Made by a program: the position numbers and the translations under genes. DNA of 64,000 bases from Mobula hypostoma (taxonomy: Eukaryota), in contig NC_086097.1 in assembly GCF_963921235.1 (NCBI RefSeq), positions 233,184,001 to 233,248,000 of the forward strand, read 5' to 3'. Of this stretch, positions 25,280 to 35,900 are shown piece by piece (positions within the stretch are counted from its first letter, which is position 1; every line of letters begins with the position of its first letter). Under the pieces are notes generated by a model that was not told the DNA's origin, ran no database searches, and saw only the letters and a list, made by a program, of their open reading frames with translations.

Positions 25280-27224
25280 AGAAACATAGAAACATAGAAA
25301 ATAGGTGCAGGAGTAGGCCATTCGGCCCTTCGAGCCTGCACCGCCATTTATTATGATCATGGCTGATCATCCAACTCAGAACCCAGCCTTCCCTCCATAC
25401 CCCCTGACCCCTGTAGCCACAAGGGCCATATCTAACTTCCTTTTAAACATAGCTAATGAACTGGCCTCAACAGTTTGCTGTGGCAGAGAATTCCACAGAT
25501 TCACCACTCTCTGTGTGAAGAAGTTTTTCCTAACCTCGGTCCTAAAAGGCTTCCCCTCTATCCTCAAACTGTGACCCCTCGTTCTAGACCTCCCCAACAT
25601 CGGGAACAATCTTCCCGCATCTAGCCTGTCCAATCCCTTTAGGATCTTATACGTTTCAATCAGATCCCCCCTCAATCTTCTAAATTCCAACGAGTACAAG
25701 CCCAGTTCATCCAGTCTTTCTTCATATGAAAGACCTGCCATCCCAGGAATCAATCTGGTGAACCTTCTTTGTACTCCCTCTATGGCAAAGATGTCTTTCC
25801 TCAGATTAGGGGACCAAAACTGCACACAATACTCCAGGTGTGGTCTCACCAAGGCCTTGTACAACTGCAGTAGTACCTCCCTGCTCCTGTACTCGAATCC
25901 TCTCGCTATAAATGCCAGCATACCGTTCGCCTTTTTCACCGCCTGCTGTACCTGCATGCCCACTTTCAATGACTGGTGTATAATGACACCCAGGTCTCGT
26001 TGCACCTCCCCTTTTCCTAATCGGCCACCATTCAGATAATAATCTGTTTTCCTATTTTTGCCACCAAAGTGGATAACTTCACATTTATCCACATTAAATT
26101 GCATCTGCCATGAGTTTGCCCACTCACCCAACCTATCCAAGTCACCCTGCATCCTCTTAGCAGCCTCCTCACTGCTAACACTGCCACCCAGCTTTGTGTC
26201 ATCCGCAAACTTGGAGATGCTGCATTTAATTCCCTCATCCAAGTCATTAATATATATTGTAAACAACTGGGGTCCCAGCACTGAGCCTTGCGGTACCCCA
26301 CTAGTCACCGCCTGCCATTCTGAAAAGGTCCCGTTTATTCCCACTCTTTGCTTCCTGTCTGCTAACCAATTCTCCACCCACACCAATACCTTACCCCCAA
26401 TACCGTGTGCTTTAAGTTTGCACACTAATCTCCTGTGTGGGACCTTGTCAAAAGCCTTTTGAAAATCCAAATATACCACATCCACTGGTTCTCCCCTATC
26501 CACTCTACTAGTTACATCCTCAAAAAATTCTATGAGATTCGTCAGACATGATTTTCCTTTCACAAATCCATGCTGACTTTGTCCGATCATTTCACCGCTT
26601 TCCAAATGTGCTGTTATCACATCCTTGATAACTGACTCCAGCAGTTTCCCCACCACCGACATTAGGCTAACCGGCCTATAATTCCCCGGTTTCTCTCTCC
26701 CTCCTTTTTTAAAGAGTGGGGTTACATTAGCCACCCTCCAATCCTCAGGAACTAGTCCAGAATCTAACGAGTTTTGAAAAATTATCACTAATGCATCCAC
26801 TATTTCTTGGGCCACTTCCTTAAGCACTCTGGGATGCAGACCATCTGGCCCTGGGGATTTATCTGCCTTCAATCCCTTCAATTTACCTAACACCACTTCC
26901 CTACTAACATGTATTTCGCTCAGTTCCTCCATCTCACTGGACCCTCTGTCCCTTACTATTTCTGGAAGATTATTTATGTCCTCCTTAGTGAAGACAGAAC
27001 CAAAGTAATTATTCAATTGGTCTGCCATGTCCTTGCTCCCCATAATCAATTCACCTGTTTCTGTTTGCAGGGGACCTACATTTGTCTTTATCAGTCTTTT
27101 CCTTTTTACATATCTATAAAAGCTTTTACAGTCCGTTTTTATGTTCTCTGCCAGTTTTCTCTCATAATCTTTTTTCCCCTTCCTAATTAAGCCCTTTGTC
27201 CTCCTCTGCTGAACTCTGAATTTC
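25280..27224 (-). mobile_element. Young 5'-truncated CR1 LINE
   Basis: (aaacatag)n tail; TSD tgagat at 25274-25279 and 27225-27230. Confidence 0.95.
25376..27223 (-). CDS. CR1 ORF2 reverse transcriptase domain: uninterrupted but 5'-truncated, with no endonuclease domain
   Basis: The 557-aa listed ORF extends upstream without a stop (KFRVQQRRTKGLIRK...) to the truncation point. RT motifs YRPVSL, DFQKAFD, PQGSVLGP and FADD are present. Confidence 0.85.
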   Translation of the reverse strand, partial: KFRVQQRRTKGLIRKGKKDYERKLAENIKTDCKSFYRYVKRKRLIKTNVGPLQTETGELIMGSKDMADQLNNYFGSVFTKEDINNLPEIVRDRGSSEMEELSEIHVSREVVLGKLKGLKADKSPGPDGLHPRVLKEVAQEIVDALVIIFQNSLDSGLVPEDWRVANVTPLFKKGGREKPGNYRPVSLMSVVGKLLESVIKDVITAHLESGEMIGQSQHGFVKGKSCLTNLIEFFEDVTSRVDRGEPVDVVYLDFQKAFDKVPHRRLVCKLKAHGIGGKVLVWVENWLADRKQRVGINGTFSEWQAVTSGVPQGSVLGPQLFTIYINDLDEGIKCSISKFADDTKLGGSVSSEEAAKRMQGDLDRLGEWANSWQMQFNVDKCEVIHFGGKNRKTDYYLNGGRLGKGEVQRDLGVIIHQSLKVGMQVQQAVKKANGMLAFIARGFEYRSREVLLQLYKALVRPHLEYCVQFWSPNLRKDIFAIEGVQRRFTRLIPGMAGLSYEERLDELGLYSLEFRRLRGDLIETYKILKGLDRLDAGRLFPMLGRSRTRGHSLRIEGKPFRTEVRKNFFTQRVVNLWNSLPQQTVEASSLAMFKRKLDMALVATGVRGYGGKAGF

Positions 27225-28819
27225 TGAGATGCCTCTGTTTAGATCACGGGTGCTGCTAAGATACTCGAATTAGTTTTTCCGGCAAAAGAGATTGTTGGTG
27301 ATGATAAAATTGTGTTCAGCACATATGGGGAGAAGTATACCATTGGAGTTAATGCTAACAATGCTTTCCTTTCATATGAAATCTTCCAAAGATTGAAGTC
27401 CCAATCGACTGTGACATTGAAATTTCCTCAGTGAACTATCTTATCCTCCTCAGTATAGCCAACACTGCCACGTCTAGGCAAATGTAGACAGGCTCCTTTT
27501 CATACTCATTGGAGTCCGGAGCTGGTGCATAAGCACTCATGACTTTCGCCACCTCTTGGCTGTTGGCAAGCACCAAATGGATCATCCGGAGACGATCACT
27601 GATCAGGGAGTTAACTGACAAGATTGTTCTTTTTTGTAAGCCCAACACCATGGTTCCTGGGCTTATCGACTGTCATTATGAATAGCATCGGGGAATCCAA
27701 AGCATGGGATCAATTAAAGTGCTGTGCTTTTAAAGAAAGAATGAGGACTCCTGTTTTGTGGAAAAAATCCACTACTTGCAAGGGTAAGTTGCTTCCTTTA
27801 TATTTCTGAGGATACACCACAAGAACACAAGAAGGTAGCTTGTGGTTAAGCCCATTGGGGGATCAGCTATTCTAGGTTGTGTATTGAGTAATGAGCCAGA
27901 TTTGATTAGGGAGCTTAAGGTAAAGTAACTCTTAGGAGGTAGCGATCATAATGTGATAGAATTCTCTCTACAATTCGAGAGAGAGGGAAGCTGAAGTCAA
28001 AAGTATCAGTAAAGGGAGTAAGAGAGGCATGGGAGATGAGCTGACCAAAATTGATTGGAAGGGAACACTAGAGGAGACGATGGCAGAACAGCGATGGCTG
28101 GTGTTTCTGGGAGCAATTTGGATAGACACATTCTGAAGAAGAAGTATTGTAAAGGCAGGATGACACAACCATAGCTGACAAGGGGAAGTCAAAACCAACA
28201 AAAAACCAAAAGAGAGGGAATACAATATAGGAAAAATTAGTGGGAAGTTAGAGGATTGGGAAGCTTTTAAAAACCAACAGAAGGCAACAAGTAAGGCCAT
28301 AAGGAGGGCAAAGATGAAACATGAAGGTAAGCTGGCCATTAACGTCATAAGTTTTCTTCAGATTTATAAAGTGTAAAAGAGAGGTGAGAGTAGATATTGG
28401 ACTGCTGGAAAATGATGCTGGAGAGGTAGTAATTGGGGAACTGAAATGAAGGACAAGCTGAATAAGTACTTTGCACTAGTTTTAATGTGAAAGACATTAG
28501 CAGTATGCTGGAAGTTCAATAGTATCAGGGGACAGAAGTGAGTGCAGTTGAAATTGCTAGACAGAAGGTACTTGGAAAGCTGAAAAGGTCTCAAGGTAGA
28601 TAAGTCACCTAGACCAGATGGACTACACCCCAGAGCTCTGAAAGAGGTAACTGAAAAGATTATGGAGGCATTAGTAATGATCTTTCATGGATCTCTAGAT
28701 TCTGGAATGGTTCCAGAGGACAGGAAAATTACAAATGTCGCTCCATTCTTCAAATAGGGAGGTGGAAGAAAGGAAATTATAGACCAGTTACTTTAACTTA
28801 AGTTTTATTTTATTAATTT

Positions 28820-29617
28820 ACAGAATGTAATATCGCTAGTTAAGCCAGCATTTATTGCCCATCCCTAAATGCCCTTGAGGAAGTGGTGATGAGCTGCCTT
28901 TTTGAACCGTTGCAGTCCCTGAGGTGTAGGTACACCCACAGTGCTGTTAGGGAGGGAATTCCATGATATTGACCCAGTGACAACAAAAGAATGGCAGTAT
29001 GTTTCCAAGTCAGGGTGGTGAGTGACTTGGAGGGAAATTTCCAAGTGGTGGTGTTCCCTGGTGTTTGCCGTTTTCATTCTTTTAGTTGGTAGTGGTTGTG
29101 GGTCTGGAAGGTGCTGCCTTAGGAACTTTGGTGTGTTGTTGCATTGCATCTTGTAGGTAGAACTGTGTGCAGCAGATGGTGGAGGGATTGGATGCTTGTG
29201 GAAGGGGTACCAGTCAAGTGGGCTGCCTTGTACTGGATGGTCTCAAGCTTCTTGAGTGTTGATGGAGCTGAACTCATCCAGGCGAGTGGTGAGTATTCCA
29301 GTACACTCCCAACCTGAGCCTTGTAGATGGTGGACAGGCTTCAGGAAGTCAGGAGGTGAGTTACACGCCGCAGGATTCCTAGCCTTTGACCTGCTCTGGT
29401 AGCCACAGTGTTTATATGGCTAGACCAGTTCAGTTTCCTGTCTATGGTAACCCTCTGGATATTGACAGTAGGGGATTCAGTGATGGTGATGCCACTGAAC
29501 GTCAAGGGACGATGGTCAGAACCTCTCTTGTTGGAGATGGTCATTGCCTGGCACTTGCGTGGCTTGAATTTTACTTGCCACTTGTTGGCCCAAGTCTGGA
29601 TATTGTCCAGGTCCTGC
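28820..29617 (-). mobile_element. CR1-group LINE 3' fragment of a different family from the dominant CR1s
   Basis: Frames LQQDLDNIQTWANKWQVKF-like, IDRKLNWSSHI and SWNSLPNSTV...FKKAAHHH; distinct 3' tail gggatgggcaataaatgctggc. Confidence 0.8.
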
Positions 29618-30489
29618 TGGGAAAATGTTGTAGCCAATTGTTAAGGGTGAGGTTTCAAAGTAATTGAAGGCACATGGTAAAATAGGCCCTAGTCAGCATG
29701 GTTTTCTTAGGGGAAATTTCTTGTTTAACAAATCTATTGGAATTCTTTGAAGAAATAACAAGCAGGATAGACAAAGAAGAATCTGTAGATGTTGTATACT
29801 TGGATTATCAGAAGGCCTTTGCCAAGGTACCAAAGATGAACTCCTCATCAAAATAAGAACTCATGGTATTACAGTAAAGACACCATCATGGATAAAGCAT
29901 TGGCTGATTGGCATGAGATAAAGAATGGGAATAAAGGGAGCCTTTTCTGGTTGATGCCGGTGACTAGTGATGTTCCACAGGGTTCAGTTTTGGGGCCGCT
30001 TCTTTTTACATTGTATGTCGGAGATTTGGATAACAGAAATGATGGCTTTCTGGTGAAGTTTGCAGATGATACAGAGATAGATGGAAGGCAGGTAGTGTCG
30101 AGGAAATAAGATTCTGCAGAAGGACTTAGACAGATTCCGAGAGTGGGCAAAGAAGTGGAAGATGGAATACAGTGTTGGGAAGTGTATGGTCATGCACTTT
30201 GGTAGAAGGAAAGTGTAAACTATTTTTTTGAATCATCTGTAGATTTTATCTGTACCTTTATAAGTTATCGTGTGTTATGTGTACTACTGCATTTTACACC
30301 CTGGTTCAGAGAAATGACTTCTTTCTATATACATTATATAGTTATATATGTTTTATATGTATGTATATAGTTAAATGACAGTAAACTTAACTTGACTTGT
30401 ATAGAATAATACACATAAATAACAAACCAAAGTGCATTAATTTAAATATTGGAAAAGTATGAAAAAGATTAACCAAGGACACTCCCAGA

Positions 30490-32000
30490 TGCAGCAGGGA
30501 GTTCAGAAGCCTCATGGACTGGGGGAAGAAGCTGTTTCTCATCCTGACCGTTCTTGTTTTTATGCATCGAGGTCTCCTGCCTGATGGTAGAAAGTCAAAG
30601 AGGATGCTGGATGGATGGGTGGGATCTTAACAATATTGAGGGCCCTGCGTATGCAGTGCTCCTGATAAATGTCCCTGATGGACCCCTTTGATCCTCTCAG
30701 CTGTTCTCACAGTCCTTTGTCAGGACTTCCGGTCCAATGCTCAACTGTTCCTATACCAGATGGAGATGCAATTTGTCCGTATGCTCTCAAGGGAGCTCCT
30801 GCAAAACACAGGTAAGATGGTGGGTGGACACCTTGCTTACCACAGTCTTCTTAGGAATTTGAGGCACTGCTGTGCCTTCTTGTTCATGGAGGCGATATTA
30901 AGGGACCAGGTGAGGCCATCCGTGATGTGAACTCCCAGGAACTTGGTGCACTTATCTCCCTCTTCGGAGGGGCCATGTATTTGCAGAGGGGGATGGTTCG
31001 TTTGCACCTTCCTGAAATCCACAATAACTTCCCTTGTCTTCTCCATATTCAGGCTTAGGTGGTTGTTCTCACACTAATCCACCAGCTGCTCCCCTTCCTG
31101 TCTATACTCTGTCTCGTCATGGTTCTTTGTTGTGCTGCTTGCAAACTTGATAACGTGGTTTGAACTGGATCCCGTGACACAGTCATGTGTCAGCAGTGCG
31201 AACAGCAGTGGGCTGAGCACACAGTCCTGAAGAATGCCAGTGCTCAGTGTAATGGGCAGAGAGACGTTGCTGCCCACACATACTGACTGAGATCTTACTG
31301 TTAAGAAGTCCAGTCTCCAATTGCAGAGGGAGGTATTGAGACACAGCGAGGACAGTTTCCCCACCAGTTTGTGGGATATGATAGTGTTGAACGCAGAACT
31401 GAAATCTTTAAACAGCAGTCTGGCAAATGAGACCCCATTTTCCATATGGGACAGAACAGAGTGGAGGGCAGAGGTTATTGCATCGATTTGAGTGAATAGC
31501 AAACTGGAAAAGGTCCAATGTAACTGGGAGAAAGGCTTTAATGTGCTCCATGACCAGCCATTCAAAGCATTTCATGATGGTTGATGTTAATGCCACTGGA
31601 CAATAGTCATTCAGGCAGGTTACTGTTGCCTTCTTTGGCACTGGAATGATGGTTGCTACCTTGAAAACTGAGGGGACAGTGGAATTTTCCAGAGAGATAT
31701 GGAACATATTCATCGGCACCTTGATTAGTTGGGCTACGCAGTCTTTCAGAATCTGACCTGGTATGTTATCAGGCCCAGCAGCTTTGTGTGGTTTGACTCT
31801 GGCCAGGGCCTTCCTCACCTCAGCTTCAGCCAGACGGAGAGTTGGCTCCCCTGGGGAGAAGGTGCCTTTCTCGCCAGCACTCTGTTCTGTGCATCAAACT
31901 GGGTGTAGAAGACATTCAGCCTCTCAGGGGGTGAAGCATCCTGGTCACTGACATGTAGGGTAGACTTCTATTCTGTAATCCTCTGAATTACCTGCCACTT
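30490..32000 (-). mobile_element. Degraded Rex1/Babar LINE (RT region)
   Basis: [66 protein letters not shown]. Confidence 0.9.
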
Positions 32001-33135
32001 GAACTTCATGTCTATTCAAAAATCTGAGGTACAAAGGAACGTAGGAGTCCTTGTGCAGAATTCCCCAAAGGTCTGTGGTGAGGAAGGCAAATGCATTCAT
32101 TTCAAGAGGACTAGAAGATAAAAGTAAGGATGTGATGTTGAGCCTTCAAAAAGCACTGGTGAGGCCTCAGTTGGAGCACTGTCAACAGTTTGAGACCCTT
32201 TATCCAAGAATGGATGAACTAATATTGGAGAAGGTTCAAAGGAGGTTCACAAAAATGATCCTGGGAATGAGAGTCTTATCATATGAGATGTGTTTGATGG
32301 CTCTGGGCCTTTACTTGTTGGAATTTAGAAGAATTAGGGGTGTTCGCATTGAAACCTACTGAATGTGAAAGGCTTAGATAGAGTGGATGTGGAGAGGATA
32401 TTTCCGATAGGGGAAGAGTCTAAAACCAGCGAGCACTGTCTCTGAATAGAGGGATATCCACTTAGAATGGAAATGAGGAGGAATTTCTTCAGCCAGTGGG
32501 TGATAAATCTGTGGAATTCGTCGCCACGGGCAGCAGTGGTTACCAGCTCATTAGGTGTATTTAAGTTGAAGGTTGATAAATTCTTGTTAAGTCAGGGTGT
32601 GAAAGGTTATAGGGAGAAGGCAGGAGAATGGGGTTGAGAGGGAAATGGATCAACTATTATCAAATAGTGGAGCAGACTCAATGGGCTAATTGGCCTAATT
32701 CTGCTCCAATGTCTTCTGGTCTTGTGGTCTGAGAATGGGTTGCAAATTTCAGTGCATCGCAATTTTCTTTCAGGATAATTATTTTTGATTTTCTAGATCG
32801 AAAGTTGTTTATGGCTGAAACAGAAGGTGAAATCCTAAAGGATGGGGAATCAGCGTTAACATATTTTAGCCAGTAAATTAGAATTGAATGAAAAATTGTA
32901 AAGCAGATTATTCATTATTACACATATAACTGTGAATCTACAATATCTACAAATTAAGCTTCTGCAGAACATTCCCTTTGCTAGATAATGGACGTGCACT
33001 TTATGTCTTTCAACTCTGGACAAACAGAAAGCAGATGAACATTCTATCAAAATCTACCAAGCTATCATGGCATTTTCCAAATGACATATTGTTCCTGTGC
33101 ACAGTATCAAACAGAGCACAGTAACTGCCCTTCCG

Positions 33136-33598
33136 TGACACAAATGTGTGGTAAGACCCAGGTGCAGAGGGAGAAACACTGAAGCAGAAAAAGAACTGAT
33201 TTTTAATAAAAATCACTGATTTTTAATAAAAACTGTGCAGAATTAGAGAAAACAATAAATGCTAGGCCAACAGGACCGTTAACTAAAACTCTCAAACTGA
33301 AAGCTAACACCAACACTGCGACTAGAAAGCAGCGACTTAATACTAAATGAGTAGTGAATGACGCTCCTTTCCAGCGTCCATTCAAAGGGTAGTCTCCTTT
33401 CCTGGAACACGGACAAAGGTATGCAGGGAGCATACACATTGCCGTGCTTTTGGTCAAGTCTTGACAAGAGTGGAACGAGAGGAAGAGGGTTAAATACCAC
33501 CGCAATGAATCACTAATTGGCTGGAACATACATACTCACGTTTCATAGTCCTCTTGCGAGGGCGCACAGACCCCATGACAGAATCCACAGCTGTGACA
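33136..33598 (-). mobile_element. Probable solo LTR, related to 58171-58566
   Basis: Reverse complement starts tgtcaca and ends gtcacg. It shares gagttttagttaacgg.cctgtt.ggcctagcatttattg and ctgcttcagtgt.tctc with 58440-58550. Confidence 0.6.
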
Positions 33599-35004
33599 CT
33601 CTGGTCCAGTGTTCCAACCCTGCCCAGTTATGCCTATGTGGCCAATTCACCTACAAACCCATACGTCATTGGAACGTGGTAGGAAAATGGAGCACCCTGA
33701 GGAAACCCACATAGTCACAGGAACTCCTTACAAACAGGGATAGAATTGAATCCGGGTCACTGGCAGTGCAATATGTTACGCTAACCTCTATGTTACCACA
33801 ACACCCCAGATAAAATAATTAAAAATTGATGAAAAAAGAACATAGAAATACTTGGCGGATCAGGTTGAATTTGTGGAGAGAGAAAGAGAAATAACCTTTC
33901 AGGTTGGTGACCTATCGTCTGGTTTCTCTATAGATGCAGCCTGATACAACCACTGCCATGGGTACTGGAATATTTGCTTATTAATACAGAAGGTGACAAT
34001 GCAGCCTTTCATACTCATGCATTGTGGCTGGAATTACTCAATTCTCATTGCACATCCTTCGGTAATCTTGGCAGGTGCTTGGTAGGACATGCGGTATTTG
34101 GCATGACTTTGGTAGGACTGGCACGTTCTTGGGTTCAGGACAGCATGACGGCCCCCGAGCTCCCAGGTGACTGGTAGGTGTTCTTGTCACTGAAGTAGCA
34201 GGCAATCACCACCAACCACAAGAACAGCGCCAGCCACCATCCTGTGGTCTTCAGTCCAACCGTTATCCCTGAGCTGCCTGCTATTTACACTCTGAGATCA
34301 CCATCAGAGCAGACTGAAAGATTGCAGAGTTGGTGTTTGAAATAATGGGTAATTTCTTGTACAGCGGGACATCAGCCAAAGTTGATCTACCTGAATATGA
34401 ATTTGGTAGGGCTTTTATATTCTCAGTTCATAAGATTACCAGTTTTGATAACAGAATGGTGGCTACATGAAGACTTAATTAAGCAACAGACTGGGTCCTG
34501 ATTACAGAATAAAATGATTATCCACAGTTCTAACAGCAAATCCAATTTTCTATTACAACAATAGGTGGACTCAATGGCACAATTAGTGAAGTTCCTGAAA
34601 CCTGGGTGTTGTCACTGATGCATTCCATGTCTCTACATTTATCTGTGGTTCCCCGTTACCACATTAGTACAATCCACATCCCTATTGGCTAGTTATTGGT
34701 CTTCAATATTCTTTCCCCAATGACAGGATTTCACAGTCTGGGCTCCTTGGACCCCTTGCTTAATGGTATTGGTCCAAGGCATAAAAAACGTTGGGAACCC
34801 CTGCCCTACCACAATCACCATTAACCAGAAATTTACCTATATCCAACAAATCAATTCTAAGGCCACAAGAGCAGAACAGTGACCAGCTATTTTGTTTTAC
34901 AGAGACATAGAACAGTACAACAGAGTACAGGCCCTTTGCCCACAAAGTTGTGCAGGCTCATTAGCTTGCTCTATGATCAACCGAACCCTTCCCTCCACAG
35001 CCCT

Positions 35005-35405
35005 TACTTCCCATTACACCACTGGCGTTTAGGGCAGCAACAAAGGCCCTCCATCTCTGGTGGTGTTTGGGGCTTCCTACGTCATGTCAGTAGTTTCCTC
35101 TCGGTTTTCACTGACGTCAGTTGTGCAAGTCCTAGGTGGAGACTCAGGAATACCACCACACTGAGATGTAGACGGATTCTTCGTTGTTGTTCTGTAACAG
35201 TTTTATTTTACCAGTCAGGGTTGTTAGCCTTGAGCTGAACCCCTGAACCTCGAGGACCAGTGGATGACTCTTAGACTGGCCTCTAGCCTTGACCTGCTTG
35301 ACATGGGTGACCCTGCCAAGAGCCAAAGCATAAAGCCCTGACTCCAGCCAACATTGCTCTCTGCTTCATTGAGGCACACAAGCCTCTAAACCTAAACCTA
35401 ATGGC
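35005..35405 (-). mobile_element. RTE-related non-autonomous element nested in a CR1 3' fragment (~34905-35675, -); related head at ~36440-36610 (+)
   Basis: Shares gtcacccatg.caa.caggtcaa.g.tagaggccag with 36530-36600. Imperfect flanking repeat cc.tccaca..gccct. Confidence 0.5.
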
Positions 35406-35778
35406 GGTCCCTTCCACATAGCCCTCCATCTTCCTTTATCCATGTGCCTCCAAGAGTCCTTATTGCATCTGCGTCTGCTACCAACCCTGGCAGTGCATTC
35501 CACACACTCAACACTCTCTGTAAAAATCCTGACTCTGAGATCCCCTTCTATACTTTCCTCCCAACACCTTAAAACTATGCCCCCTTGTATTAGTCATTTC
35601 CACCCTGGACAGAAGTTTCTCACTGTCTGCTCCATCTATGCCTCTTATTGTCTTGTACACCTCTGTCAAGTCACCTAAATATTTATTCCATTTATTTTGA
35701 GATTCAGTATGATACAGAGTTGGTAACAGGCACTTCTATCCAATGAGACTGAGCAGCCCAAGTGCATCTATGAGACCA

Positions 35779-35900
35779 ATTAAACTACTAGCCTGTACAT
35801 TAAACTACTAGCCTGTACATTAAACTACTAGCCTGTATATTAAACTACTAGCCTGTACATTAAACTACTAGCCTGTACATTAAACTACTAGCCTGTACAT
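35779..35900. repeat. Minisatellite, 6 x 20 bp (attaaactactagcctgtac), inside a SINE
   Basis: Six units read directly, with one substitution in unit 3. Confidence 0.95.

Larger units (their letters stand above)
25010..27680 (-). mobile_element. Old RTE-clade LINE endonuclease fragment, split by a CR1 insertion (pieces ~25010-25279 and 27225-27680)
   Basis: Minus-strand ISDRL..VMSAYAP, then HP*SKQRH|LIDY across the insertion point, then ITRAMIGTDDLWTDDHLI (AP-endonuclease motifs). Confidence 0.8.
27845..32730 (+). mobile_element. One old CR1 LINE in three collinear pieces (~27845-28800, ~29618-30230, ~32014-32730)
   Basis: CR1 sequence resumes in register across both gaps: agaccagtta...|gggaaaatgttg and actatttttt...|attcaaaaatctgagg. 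Confidence 0.8.

Noticed and set aside
33010..33216. Exon-like segment (VSPSAPGSY...) with a good acceptor
   Set aside because: The acceptor and first half lie within the solo-LTR-like repeat shared with 58171-58566.
33960..34420. GC-richer unique stretch with several exon-like signals and a hydrophobic peptide (WWLALFLWLVVIACYF)
   Set aside because: Stops bound every frame, no consistent splice pair was found and no homology is recognisable.
35779..35900. CRISPR-like regular repeat
   Set aside because: Units are head-to-tail with no spacers, there are no cas genes, and the context is eukaryotic.
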